Assembly: GCF_009914755.1 (NCBI RefSeq)
Contig: NC_060934.1
Length of the DNA stretch: 64,000 bases
Reading direction: 5' to 3' (one strand)
Source: the human T2T-CHM13v2.0 reference genome, Homo sapiens
Made by a program: the position numbers and the translations under genes
Shown here: piece after piece, positions 1 through 14,100 of the stretch
How positions within the stretch are numbered: the first letter of the stretch is position 1
Layout: each line of letters starts with the position of its first letter
Notes under the pieces: model-generated
Databases searched by the model: none
Seen by the model: only the letters and a program-made list of their open reading frames with translations
Told to the model about the DNA's origin: nothing

Positions 1-356
1 TGAAAACCTAGAACCATCAAGAATTTTATTTTATTTTATTTTATTTTTAGGTTTCTTTTTAGTCATTTTGCCAAACTCACGGCTCCAGGAGTCTTAGTCT
101 GATTGAGGATCTGGAAAACAGATTTTCGTTCGTTTTCTTTCCTAGCATCAAACTTCGTTTTTGTACTTTTTAAATTTCTTTTCAAGATATTTTAAAATGT
201 CATTATACAGATAACGTGATCTCTGTAGAAAAATTTTATACCTATTAACAAACAAAAATGAAATAAAATGAAAAGTATTAATTAACATGAACAACATCTG
301 AGGTTAATCATCATCTTTGTTGAACTTACTTCATTAGCTCAATGAAGAAGTAATCA

Positions 357-709
<353 letters not shown>

Positions 710-734
710 CTAGTAAAAGCTAATCCCAAGTAAG

Positions 735-935
735 ATCTTACTGTATGCCAAACAATGTTCCGATCACTGTATAAGTTTATTCCCAACAATCCCTAGTAGG
801 TTCTCTCATCCCTATTACAGAGGTAACAAATGTAAGGCACAGAGATGTTTAGTAACTCACCTAGGGTCTCACAGTAAGGGGTAGAGCCTGGATTCAAACC
901 CAGTAGTCCAACTCCAGAACCTATATTCTAAACCA
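735..935 (-). mobile_element. MIR SINE
   Basis: Reverse MIR core (aggcacagagatgtttagtaactcacctagggtctcacag...ggattcaaacccag). Confidence 0.75.
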
Positions 936-1323
936 GTAGTCAGCAAATTATAGCTTATATGCCAAATCAGGTCTTACCATTGATTTTTGCAAATAAAATT
1001 TTATTGAGAAACACACACATCAATTACAAACTTAAAACTCAGGGACAAACCTTGGTGATTATACATAGGTATATCCATGGTCTTCTAATTCTTTCTGATT
1101 TTTTTTAAGAAAGAAAAGAGAAGATAATATCTAAGAATAAAGCATTTGTTAAACTTCCTTAATATTCCAGACAACTACCACTCAAAGAATTTGTAAGAAA
1201 AATGTGTTGTATGTTACCTCAAGGAGAACAGAACGTGAGTTCATTAAACATTTTCCATCAACTAGGAAGGACTTAACCCTCAGACAGATTTTTATAACTC
1301 TGTCTTCGATTAGCACAGCTAGC

Positions 1324-1893
1324 TGTTGCAAAGGAGAAAAAGTAATATATTTTCCTCACCCATCACAAGGTTCATTGCTGACACCCTTATAACAAAAGGC
1401 AGATTAGTAAGAGAAAAGCATAACAAACTTATTTTTAAAAAGTTTTTTGTGGAGCTTGCAGTGAGCCGAGATGGTGCCACTGCACTCCAGCCTGGGCAAC
1501 ACTGCAAGACTCTGTCTCAAAAAAAAAAAAAAGTTTTTTGTGACACAGAAGCCTTTGGAAATAAGATCCCAAAATTGAGGGAAAATTGTATTTTTATAAT
1601 TAGGTTTGATGAAGAATGAACAGTCATAAAGTACAATTGGACAAAAAGGGGGTGCGACCTATTGATAACCAACTGGGAATATGTATCAAGGCCTGCTTAT
1701 TCAGATTCTTCTTGGCCTCTCTATGAAGTATTCCTTCTTTCTGGGCATAGGACACCTGCCACATGAGGGTCTTCAAAAAAGAGGAAGTAGGAGAAGGTCA
1801 GAGACTTTCTACAGTTTTCTCACTTTCCTTTAGCTTAAACTACTCAGTACACCAAGTACCATATTTTGGGGAAGCATTTCCTGCATCCCATTA
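1324..1893 (-). mobile_element. Solo LTR, ERV1 MER34/MER39-like, interrupted by a truncated Alu
   Basis: TGT start, aacaaaaggcagattagtaagagaaaagcataac motif, ccatattttgggg end typical of this LTR group. Subfamily from memory. Confidence 0.65.
1452..1527 (+). mobile_element. Heavily 5'-truncated Alu (3' end of right arm, AluY-like)
   Basis: gagcttgcagtgagccgagat...actctgtctc plus A-tail; 15-bp TSD aaaaagttttttgtg at 1437-1451 and 1528-1542. Confidence 0.92.
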
Positions 1894-2639
1894 CTGCATT
1901 ATTGATGTAGCTCAAGACTTAATTAAAACACTGACTTATGCCTTAATGCTAAGTGGAACTCTAGAAATGCTACTACTAAGTTTGAGATCCTGGTTTGGAA
2001 GTTAAAAACTGTGTGATGTAAACAAATTTTTGAAATCTTGGTACCAGTTATCCTTGAAAAACAAAAGCAAAACCCTAAAGGCCAGCAATTGATGAAGACA
2101 ACATCAACAGGTATACATTAAGGCCTTCTTTGAGTGCGACAAAACAGATGTTAGAAAGATAAAGTCTCTATTTTTGAAGAGTATAGAACATTTCCATAAT
2201 AAAGTTCATTTATTTTCTTCATGCACAGGGTTACTGGCCAGGATATATGCATTGTTTAAAGCACCCCCTTCCAAGTTACCCCATTCTCTGGTGGCTCTGA
2301 GTCTATTTTACAACTATGTTAATTATACATAACTGATAGCATAAGAACTGATAACAAAAGATATCTTGTCTATAGATATGTAAGTATTCTGTCCAGTAGA
2401 AGTGCAAAGATGCCCTTTCATTCTTCATCAAACCTAAACATAAGCAGCCACTTTTGTGTCAATTTGAAAATTCAATTTCTAATTTAGACCATGTCTTTTC
2501 TTTAGATTCTCTTTTGAACTGGTTGTAACATCTTACTGGTTCCCTCATTTATTTAAGGAGTTAAATCAGAACTCTGACGTGTTTATTTTATATTTATGTG
2601 TGAGCCATTATTTTACATTTTCAAAAAAATGATCCTTTA

Positions 2640-2830
2640 ACGTGAGCTTAGACTCTATAGTCAACCAGGCGTGGATCTCAGTCCTAATTTGGCTATGTAC
2701 CAGCTGTGTGACATTAAGCAAAATACTTAAATTCTCTATTAATAATACTCGCATCATTGGATTGCTGTGGGAATTATGTCACACTTTACTTTTATCCTGA
2801 AATACAGAAACACTCAATAAATATTAGGGT
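2640..2830 (+). mobile_element. MIR SINE (degenerate)
   Basis: cagctgtgtgacattaagcaaaatacttaa core and ctcaataaatattag tail. Confidence 0.6.
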
Positions 2831-2873
2831 GGTATTCTTTGTTTCTTTTTTTTTTTTAAGAAACATCAGAGTT

Positions 2874-3204
<331 letters not shown>

Positions 3205-4149
3205 TTAATGTGTCACAGCAATAAAGTGAACCCATTCAATCAACATCTCACAAATGAAATGTGACTTCTTTTTTTTAATACCTCTAAAGTTGTTGCCTTA
3301 AGACTTTAACTCAACTACCTAAATAGGTCAAAATGTTTCCCAAAGCCATATAAACGAAATAGGCTTATGACTTTCAAATTCTAGTTAGGCATATTTAATA
3401 TGCAAAAGTTAATCAATGAGTAATCTTTGCAATCATATGTATACAGGAAGACACCCATAATAGTCAATTTTATGCATTTCCTCTCGAATTAAGTTTTTGT
3501 GAAGTTCTTCCTCTAAAATGTGATTCTCATCTAGTGCATATTAACTATGTTTTTTTCTAGCAGATTAAGAACCCAGGCTGTCCCTCAAAGATTAGTAATT
3601 CTTAGCTTTAATTCCAGCTCGAATCATTAATATAATTAATTCCTCCTGCATTTATATTTTTCCTTTTATATTTAGAAATATTGAAATAAGCCCCCTTTTA
3701 TGGAAACTGGAATAAATCATTAAATACTTTTTTTAAGTGAAGAATAATCAGCTGACAAAACTGACCATATTTCTGTGTAGTATTACATGTTATTTATGTA
3801 AACAGCCACTCATTCCAATTTGAAGTCCCTTTCAAAATCCTTCAAAGATTAGGAAGCTCTGAATTTTAGGAGCTTTAATACTAATCTTCTTAACTTCTAG
3901 AACAAAATTATTACACTGGCCCCACTTCAAACATCCCACTCATCTAGTGCAATCTACATTTACATACAGGCAAGTAATATTTCTTAAAAGGGAAACTTGA
4001 GAGTCTCTATATGCCCTGTGTAAAAATAACTTCAGGATATGTATATAATATCCTTCTTGAGAATTAACAACATATTCTATTACTGATGATTCTGAGAAGA
4101 CTTATAATTTTTTTTTAAAAGCCTGTTTAACTTTATTTAATCCAGTGTA

Positions 4150-4505
4150 TACCAAATCCCAGGCCTCATTTCACACGGTGCTCCTCTTTGCCATCTTTAT
4201 CCAGCCACGTTTGCCTTCTTTTTCATTCCCTTGTATGTGCTACCACAGGGCTCACATAAATGCTGTTTTCCCACTTAGATTCAAAGCGGATCTTAGCTAT
4301 GCCGCACAATAGAATCCCATTCTATTGTGAATGGGATTCTGTTAAAGTGCCCCAGGTGACTCATGCTCAGCCATTGTTAAGAACATTGTCCTGGGCTCTA
4401 AGCTTGGTGAAGGCAGGGCTTGGTTTTGCTCACCACTACTATTCATATAGTAAGTACTCAATAAAAAACATTTGTCAAATAAAAGGAAGAGTGAATAAAT
4501 AAATA
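4150..4505 (+). mobile_element. L2 3' end with a nested, internally deleted MER5-like hAT relic (~4285-4390)
   Basis: L2 tail tagtaagtactcaataaa...tgaataaat; MER5 motifs gcacaatagaatc and ccccaggtgactcatgctcagcc. Confidence 0.55.
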
Positions 4506-4571
4506 TCAAACAGTATTCCTTGGGAAACACTGCTTTAGGGAAACATTTGCCAAGCAACCATATGGCTTGAG

Positions 4572-4679
4572 AGATATAGATAGATAGATAGATAATAGAT
4601 AGATGATAGATAGATAGATAGATGATAGATAGATGATAGATGATAGATAGATAGATAGATAGATAGATTAGATAGATAG
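4572..4679. repeat. Compound (GATA)n tetranucleotide microsatellite
   Basis: AGAT units with GAT/AAT interruptions over ~108 bp. Confidence 0.97.
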
Positions 4680-5087
4680 TAGGTGAAGACAGATGGTCCA
4701 AATTTAGCTTTTCATGAAGAGCTTAACCTTTTTTGGACTTCTTCCTGCTGCATTAGTTTTAGACTAAACTAATTAGATGTTAGCTCAGAGTCTGGGACAA
4801 AGGATGATCCTGGTGGTACTCTGGGGCCAAGGGCTCTTATCACAGCTGACCTTGAGTATTTTCTGGAGCCACAGTTGATCTAGTTGTTTCTTAAGGGCTT
4901 CTGAAGAACTGAGATACACGTGATGAACTCCCCAAGTTTGTCTTCTGTCTATATTCAAACTTCTTTTCAGGGCCAGCTGAAATCATACCACCACTGTAAA
5001 TGCTTTTCTTTGTTCATCACATCTCACAATACAGTACTCTGTAGCTCCTCTGAACAACCACTGCTCTTACATGCTCCTCAAAACAAA

Positions 5088-5350
5088 GCAGTGGTTCTGA
5101 ACACCCATGGTATAGACTCTACAGTGAGACTGTCTGGTTTTAAATCCTCCCTGTACCATTTCTAGCTGTCTAACCCTATGCAAGTAACTCAACATTTTCA
5201 CACTTTGGTTCCTTCATCTGCAAAATTAGGATAATATAAAATATTTCTTCCTTTTAGAATTGCAAGGCTTAAATAGAATAATGTATGTAAAGCATTTGGC
5301 ACCATGTGTGGTACACAGTAAACATCTAATTATTAGTAGCCATTATTATT
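5088..5350 (+). mobile_element. MIR SINE, near full length
   Basis: tctagctgtctaaccctatgcaagtaactcaac core, catctgcaaaattagg, atgtaaagcatttggcac tail. Confidence 0.8.
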
Positions 5351-5905
5351 TTTCTCTTTTGATACTTGTGATTTTTTATCCTGTTCGCTAGTTTTCATAG
5401 GTTCATATCTTAGTGTTTCTTCATGGATTATAAGCTAATTGAAAGCATAATCTTAATATTATATGTTGGCATAATTAGTTTTTGAAACATAACTTGGCTA
5501 TTAAAGATGACTCTTTGGCAGGGAACGTATTTGGATTGGACTTCTCTTCTAACTCTCACACCCCTAAATTGGTAGAACTTCTAGTATGTGAAAAAGAGTT
5601 ATTTTAGCTTTATAACTGTCATGAACTCAGGACAGAGGCTCATGCTGACCTCTAAATCCCTATACCAAGAGGACTATTGGCCCACTAAAGAATATTTCTA
5701 ACTAAGACTTCTGTTTCAGGTATACAAAATAGGTATCACCAAAGGTCTGCATTACCTGAGACATCCCAGTGCCGGGATGGGGTGTTAGGGAACTTTTAAG
5801 ATTTCCAAATAATTAGCACCTAAGAGAAGCCTATTCAACTTTCCCACCATGTTTATTTCTCTGCCCAGCTTTACAGAAGAACTTGTCTTAAAAGAGGGCA
5901 TGGGG

Positions 5906-6075
5906 CAGTGGTCTATTAGAATCACCCAAGGAACATTTTGGGCATACAAATAAATGCCCAGGTTTTATTCATGTTCCACTTAATTAGAATCTTGAGAGAT
6001 GAGGTTGGACATCAGTATCTTACAAAATAACCTCAGGTGAATGTAATGTGCAGTGAGGTTTGACAAACACCAACA
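5906..6075. mobile_element. MER5-like hAT DNA transposon relic
   Basis: cagtggt...attagaatcacc left end; caggtgaatgtaatgtgcag right end. Confidence 0.65.
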
Positions 6076-8927
6076 TAGAAGGAGATGTTCCACTGAACAA
6101 GAATCAACAGGCGGTGAACAAATACTCTGAGCATGACATTTAGCTAAGTACCATAGAGGATACAAAAACAACCACAACTTGTCTTTGTTCTTAAGGAATT
6201 TTCAACTTCGTATTGGAGAGACTTCCACCCAGAAAAATATAAATAGCCGAAAGTCTGTAAGGTGTGGGTACCTGAGTGAGTAAAACTAAAAGCTGCAGAA
6301 ATTTAAAGGGGGAGAAGTCAATGAAGGCTGGAATGCCCAAGGGTTCCATGGCAGAAGAGGGAGGTAACTGAAGATTTAGAAGGATCAGAAGTCAATAAAG
6401 GCTGCTTTTACTTTTTCACATCAACTTGGGGACATGTTTTCAGGAGTATAGAGGGCTGCTTTCAGGAGTATAGGAGACACTCATATGCTTGTGGCCTGAA
6501 TTTTCAAGACTCTACAAAAGCTTTCTGAATGCAATTTGTTGTTTACGTAAAGTTTCAATTCTCAGAACAGCTCTTACAGGTACTGCTATTATTTTCCATT
6601 TAAGAAACTGACACTTAGAAAGTTAAGTGATACCTTTAAACATGCTATGTCTGCAAGTGCACACTGGACTTGAGAAAACAAGCAGGCAACCTCTGAGGAA
6701 CAGACATTCAGGCCAGTTGTCAACATTTCTCAGAAAAGTCAGTGCTCCCTTTTGCCATTTTTTGTCTCTTCCTAGGTCAGTGAGAAAGGATGAACTTCTC
6801 CATAAGTATCTGGACAAAGTTCTAATAGCCTAATCCCCAGTCCAGCAGCCTACAACCTCCTTTGCACAAAACATTGAAATCAATTCTTGAATATTTATGT
6901 GTTCCTCTTGGTGAGATCCTGGAATCTCATTTCTGCCCATTTTGACACAGTTTCTTCCCTATTGGCCCTAAGAGATTTACACAAAAAAACAAAAAGGCAT
7001 TTGAATTAATGTGCATTTTGTCTCCTTTCAAGAGTATAATTTTTTTTTTTTTACCCAAGGAGTTTTAGGTATTTAGACTTTCACTTCTGAAAATCACATC
7101 TTTGCTACACTTGTCAAAAAAAACTCATTAACTTTCCCCAGTGGAAAAGTTAGAGGCATCACATGTTTATTTGAAGTCAAAGTTTTATTCTAACAGAGGA
7201 CACTGCATACCATATGCTGGTTGGCTTGAGATCCTTTTTTGAGGGATCTGACTGAACATTGACCCCAATTACTTGCATTTTTGTGCTTCAGTGCTGCTGT
7301 TTCAGAACAAAAAGCAATAACTAAACCCTACAGAGAAGGCTTTATAAACTTTCCCAGTGAGTCTACAACTCATTTCTCTTTTTCTCATGGTCACCGAATT
7401 GATTTTTCCTTGTTGCTTGTACATGTTGTTCAATTATAGTGAATTGACAAAATCAGATGACAATCAACTGTCAGATAACTCAATGGAACTTGAGGGGAAA
7501 ACACAAATTTTTAAGCCTTCTCCATTTTCACATCTCGGCCTTTGGCTTTCTTATTAGGAGAGCTCATCACCATTTTTAGGTTGTTCTATTAGGTTGTTTT
7601 GATTTTGCCATTTGTGAGAACATATCAGTTGCCACCATTAAGAGTAATATGTAAATTGGTTCAATATTCTATTTTAGGCTACCTCTAAACCATAAATGGA
7701 ATAATTGTTTTTTTCAGGGATCCTTTGGAATTGATCTTGAAATCAGGCCATTAAAAAAAGAAAAAACCATGGGTCCTAGATAGTGGATCAATGTGACTTT
7801 TAGGAATCCATTTAAAATTTAAAATAGGAGGCCTAAATTGACTCTAGGAGGAAAGTCTCAAGAAAAAAGAATGGAAATGAGAAATTATCTGACAGGTTAT
7901 ATTTGTGGACAATTCTATTGAAATGCTGGCAGCTATAGAATGTAGAAAGACGTAGGTGTAAATACAGAGAAAACCAGTTCTTTAAAAAGACGTAATAACT
8001 TTAGGAAAAACAAAAAAAAAAATACACATTCAAGAAAGAAAGTAAAATTATAGACCATGACTTAGCCCAGCGGTGAATCATATTGACATAGTTAAATAAC
8101 ATTAAATATAAAGTTATATAGAAACATGGAGATAGATACTAGAAGAAACAGATATTTGAAAGTAGTTGCTTGAAAGAGTAGATTTAATGTTGCTGGGGAT
8201 ATGGGGGCAACTGTTCTTTTTTAGTGTAAGCTACTTAGTACTTTTCAAATACCATACCTGTATGGTTTTGATAAAAATAAAAATTAGTCATTTAAAAATG
8301 TTTACATTTTTAGCCTTTTTAGTGTAAGTAAAAGCTTGGCATGCTTTCCCCAGTGTTTTGTGGAGCAGTGCTGAATGGGGGGATGGCTTTTTAGGCATAT
8401 ATGAATTAGAAAGGCTTTGATGTGTTTGGCAGGATGAAGGAAGAGCCTTTGGACAGGGTTCTGTCTGGACAGGCCCTGGTCAAATTTTGTTTACAACCCC
8501 TTTTAGCTTTCATCCCTTTCATCCTGCCCTGATAAATAAGGAAAGAGACTTTCATAAAACTCAGAGAGTTGAGTTCTGTGTGCTCATTTGGGATGCTGAG
8601 CTTCTCCTTACCATTGTTGGCTATTGGCCCAAACATATTTCTCATTTTGAAAAATGTTCCTCTGGGCTGCCGGGGTGTGCATTGGGCTTGTGTTTAAATC
8701 CTACATGTGTCAGAGCATCTCACTGGATCTAAAACCTTTGGATGAATAGTAAAACAAGAGGCTGAGAAATCAGAACATATATCCAAAAAATGAACTAGTA
8801 TTTACCCTGAACCCTTGTCTATGAGCAGAAATGCTCTGTGCTTTTTAATTTATTCTTATGGCAATTTTTCTCTCAGTTTGCACAACAGAACCCAAAGCAG
8901 CATGGTAAGTATGGGTTAGGAATTTCA

Positions 8928-8962
<35 letters not shown>

Positions 8963-8966
8963 GTGT
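8928..8966. repeat. (TG)n microsatellite, interrupted
   Basis: Direct reading. Confidence 0.95.
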
Positions 8967-9234
8967 TGCCTAAATATTCATTTGCTAGCTCTTACATCAT
9001 GGCTAATTATATCAGGCATCCATGTTCTGGTCATGCCTCAGTCATTCAAAAAGCAAAAATATTTCTGGGACTGGCAACTAACACAATTGGTCATTTGAGT
9101 TGAAGTATGTAACTTTTTACAATATTAAAGATGTGGAATTGTTTATACTCAGGTTAATAATTAAGGGAGAAACACATTCCAGCTCAGGGTCAGATTAAGA
9201 AGGAACATGATATACGTTTGGGAAAAGAAACTAA

Positions 9235-9400
9235 CATTACTTAAGTGCCTATTCTGTACCAGGCACTTTACATACATTATTCTATTAATTCCCACAAAAC
9301 CTTACATTATCTTTCTTATTTTAAAGATGAGATATAGAGAAGTCATTTGACTTTTCTAAGGACTCTTAGCTAGTAAGTAGTGAAATTTAAATTTTAGTGT
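9235..9400 (-). mobile_element. MIR SINE
   Basis: taagtgcctattctgtaccaggcactttacatacatt...agctagtaagtagtg. Confidence 0.7.
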
Positions 9401-11104
9401 TTTGCTGCGACAAAATTGGAGAGAATTTCAGCAATTTTTATTAACAAAAACCCACCTACAGCAAAATCATTTGTGAAACCCGTTAAAAAGTGGAAATTGT
9501 GGGGCTCCACCCAGATATACTAAATCAGAATTTCTGGAAGAAGTGCCAGGGAATATCCTGTGTATCTTATGTACCCCAAAATTTGAGAGCCATGACCACA
9601 GTATAATTGCAAATTATGCTCTAATTATTTTGCAGAATGCATTACATTATCCTGTGATTAAACCTTCTTGAAGCTCAGCCTTATTTTATAACCTATTACT
9701 TCTCAATCCCTAGGGATTTGGTCACAGTTTCTGAAAACTCTGTATAAAAGTTTCTGAAAAGTTTCGGTTTCTGAAAACTCTGTATAAAAAATATATCAGA
9801 TGATTAAATTTTATATTTAAGTTGGGCCACAAAAAAACTAGCATTTTTTCTTTAGACTAAGTTTATGGGGTCATGATACAAAACAGTGGCAGAGTAGGAA
9901 AAACAAGAGCTAAGAAATGTTCTATGTGTGTGCATTTATGGCAAAACCACAACTGTTCTGCATCTGTTTACTGTGGTTTCTTAATGGTTGATACTAGTTT
10001 AACTGAAACATGTAGATTTTTCCTCGCACTCATTCTGAGGGATTGATAGTTGTGTTCTAATCCTCCCAAAGCCTGCACCTTTCTTGGCAGCCCTTAGGCA
10101 TAGTTTATCCCTTGAACGGCTTTGAGAAAACTGAATTAATGTTCCCAGAATCCTGGGAAGGTTATTGCCAGAGATTTAATTAAAGATAAATAGAGATAAA
10201 CGAAAATCAAGTACAAAACTACATTAAGAAAACATGAGAAAGGGGAAGATATGAATGGAGAATTTGTAATGGCTCATTTTTTCCATAAACCCAAATAAAT
10301 GGGTCATGCCGTAATACAACAGAGCAGAAATGACAGGATAAAAGAGATGAGGTCAGTTTATGCTCTTCCTACAGTGTCCCTTACCAACAACAGAAACATG
10401 TTTATGTGGAGAGGTATGAGGTATGGATTTTTGCATCAGAGTTTGCTTTTTCTTTGATAATAACTCAGTGCATCCTAAAATAAGAGAGTCCACGGTTAGG
10501 AGTTCAATCTAGGATATTTATTCTGAGTTTAACAAATATTTATTGAATGGCCTCTATATTGAAGCCTTTTAATTTTGAAATACTGAACTCTCAGAGAAGT
10601 GAGAAGGCATGAGTTCTTGCTCCGTTTAGTTGTGTTACTTTAAGCTGGTCACTTATTTTTTCTGATGTTCAATCTCTTTGTGAAAGGAAGCATCAAGCCC
10701 GATATTTTTTTAAGTCCTTCCTTTCAAGCCCAGTGAGTCTGTGTCTGCATTTACAATCATGCCACAAGGAAGGTGAAATTTTTCATTGGTGGCTTAGGAG
10801 ATTTTGAGGGAGGTTGTCATAAGTTTGTCTAAATTACTGAAGGATCACAATTGCACAGATTCTTAAAGCCAACATTATAGTCATTATTTTTGGATAATAT
10901 TTTCAGTTAATATGAGTCCAATCAAGGTCCCTACTTGGCATCTGCCTATTTCTGAGACCAATTATTAAAGTTTGTTGTTTGGCTGATTAAAAAAAAAAAT
11001 GCTAATGCTGAAGGTGCAAAGTGGAGAGGAGAAAATGGTAAAATATTTGCATCCTGATCACGCTGAGGTGATATCTTCTATGCATACTATTGTATTCCAC
11101 TTAG

Positions 11105-14100
11105 TTTTTAAGCTTCATTGAGTTTTAATTGACATACAATAAACTATACATATTTAAAGTACACAACTTTATAAGCCTCGACATATGACGTATGTTCACA
11201 CATCCAATACGATCTATGAGTCCATCGCCACAATAAAGATATTAAACATATGCAGCACTCTAAAAAAATCTTTATGCCTTGTCCTTCCTTTTTGCTTCTC
11301 CTGCCCACAATACCCTTCTCACCTGCCCATCTGGCTGCTTCCAGGCAACCATTGATCTGCTTTCTGTCACTATACATTAGTTTGCATTTCTTAGAATTTT
11401 ATGTAAATAAAATTACACAGTATGTACTCTTGATTTTCTTCTTGGTTGTTTCAAACCACACAATTACTTTGAGACTGTCTATATTGTTTCATGCATTAAG
11501 AGTTAATTCCTTTCACTGCTAAATAATATTTCATTCCGTGAATGTAACATACTTTGTTTATTCATTTACCCATTGATGGACATTGGGGTTGATTTCATTT
11601 TGGGGCTACTACAAATACAGCTGTTATGAACCTTGGTACATAAGTCTTTGTATGGACATATGCTTGCATTTCTCTGGGATAGATAACAGGGAGTGGAATG
11701 GTTTGTTCATATGACAGATATATGTTTAATTTTATTAAGAACTTCCAAACTGTCTCCCAAAGAGGTTGTTCCATTTTATATTTTCACCAAAAATGTGTGG
11801 CCCTTTCATCATTATACAAAAAATTCTTTGTTGCTGATAATATCCTTTGCTCTGAAATCTACTTAGTCTGATATTAACATAGCTATTGCAGCTTTCTTTT
11901 GTTAGTGTTATCATGGAATATCTTTTTCCATACTATTAACTAATTTTTGTCTTTATATTTGAAGTGCGTCTTTCATAGGTGTCCAATACTTGGGTCTTAA
12001 TTTTTCATTCAAAATCTTTGGCTTTTAATTGGGGGTATTTAGACCATTTACACATTATGTGATTATTAATATGGCAAGCTGTAAATCAGCCTTCTGTTTT
12101 CTCATTGTTCTGTATGTTCTTTGTTCCCCCTTTCCTCTTTGTCTGCCTTCTTTTTGGATAAGCTGAGTATTTTTTATGATTCCATTTTATCTGATTTGTT
12201 AAGCTCATTATCTGAAACTCTGTTTTGTTTCCGTAGACAATACCTAAGGGTTTATAGTACATACCTTTAACTTATTACAATCTGCCTTCAAGTGCTATTA
12301 TACATTTCACATGTAGTATAAGGACCTTATGATAGTTTATTTCTATTTCTCCCCTCTTGGGCTTTGGGTTATTACTATCATACATTTACTTCCACATATC
12401 TCATAAACCTTACACTTTTATTATGTTTGTTTATGCAGCGAATTCTCTTTTAAAAATATTTGAATAATAACAATCTAATCATTTTAACTTTGTGTAGATC
12501 CAATTTTCAGATGGTATCATTTTCCTTTTGTGGGAAGGACTGCTGCAACATCTCTTGTAGTACAGAACTACTGGTGATAAATTCCTTCCATCTTTTTATG
12601 TTGGAAAAAGCTTTTATGTCACACTTTTTTGTAAGGTATTTTCACTGGGTATAAAATTCTAGAGTTTTTTCTTTCTTCTTCTTTCAGTACTTTAAAAATG
12701 TTGCTTTGCATTGTGTTTGACAAAAAAAGTCTGCTCTCATTTATCTTTGTTCCTCTGTATATTTTGCAATATTTTTCCCTGGTTGCTTATAAAATTTTCT
12801 CATTATAATTGGTTTGTGGCAATTTGATCATGATGTGCCTTGGTGTAGTATCCTTCACATTTCTCGTTCTTGGGGGGTTTTGAACTTCCTAAAGATTTAT
12901 AATTTTCCTAAATTTGAAATTTTTTGACCATCATTTCTTTAATTACCTTTTTTGAATTCCCACCTTCCCTTGGGAACATCAATTACACATACATAAAGCC
13001 ATTTGAAGTTGCCCCCTCAGTTTACTGATTCTCTGTTCTTTTTTGTTTTTGACTCATTTTCTCTTTGTGTTTCATTTTGGATAGTACCTATTACTATGCC
13101 TTCAAGTTCACTAAACTTCTGCAATGTTTAATCTGCCATTAATCCCATCAATTTTTTTAATCTAGGTTTTATCTCCAGGATTTATTTTCTGTTTTTTTTT
13201 GCCTCTACAAGTTGATAATGAGTCTTTTAAAAAATATATTTTTAATCTTTCTATTTAGCATGCTCAATATTTCCTCTAGCTTTTTGAACACATGAACTAA
13301 ACTTTTAACAATTTTCTAATGCCCTTGTCAGATAATTCTAACATCTCTTTCAGTTCAAGGTTAGTTTTGTTTGATTGACTTTTCTCTCCATTGTAGGTAG
13401 TATTTTTCTGCTTCTTTGCATGCCTGGTAATTTTTGATCGAGTACAAGATATTGTGTGTTTTACCTTTTGGGGTTTGGTATATTTTTGTATTCTAATAAT
13501 TATTCTTGAGTTTTGTTTTCAGATACAGTTAAATAATTTGAAAATAGTTTGATCCTTTCTGCCATAAGGTTTTTTAGGCAAGACCTGAGAGGTGTTTTTT
13601 CTAACTCTAATTATTCCCCACTACTAAGGCAAGCCTCTTCTGAGTGCTCTATCCAATGGCTCATGAATTATGAAGTTTTCCTCTCTGGTAAAGGATTGGG
13701 CACTATTCCTGACCCTGAGTTGGATCTGATTACTGTTGTGTCAAAGTCAAAATAAAAACTTAGAGACAAATCTCTAAATTTAATGTTTTATTTCTGAAGA
13801 AAGAATTGCAATTCAGAGCATACATGCAGACCGAGTGGTCTTCAATAGTCTGAAAAACAGGGAAGGTTGGGAGTTTTATAAACAAGAGGGATGTTACCTG
13901 TGGTCTTGAGAGAAAGTTCACTTATAGGAGTAAAAGCCTGGGAAGCTGGCAAGCTCCGATTGGTGGCCAATGGCTGTAGGCAAAATTAGTCCTAGAGTTG
14001 CAGCAAATTATCTCAGCATTAATAGGTAAAACTAGTTTCAGGTTACAGCAAGCAGTTTTAGTAGCCAGTCTCAGCAGATAATTTCATTCTTCGAGCTATG

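Noticed and set aside
4342-4701. 119-aa ORF rich in YLSI repeats
   Set aside because: Translation of the GATA microsatellite.
6313-6473. Short direct duplications (18 bp at 6313/6387, 14 bp at 6438/6460)
   Set aside because: Real but small and common; not distinguishable from ordinary slippage.
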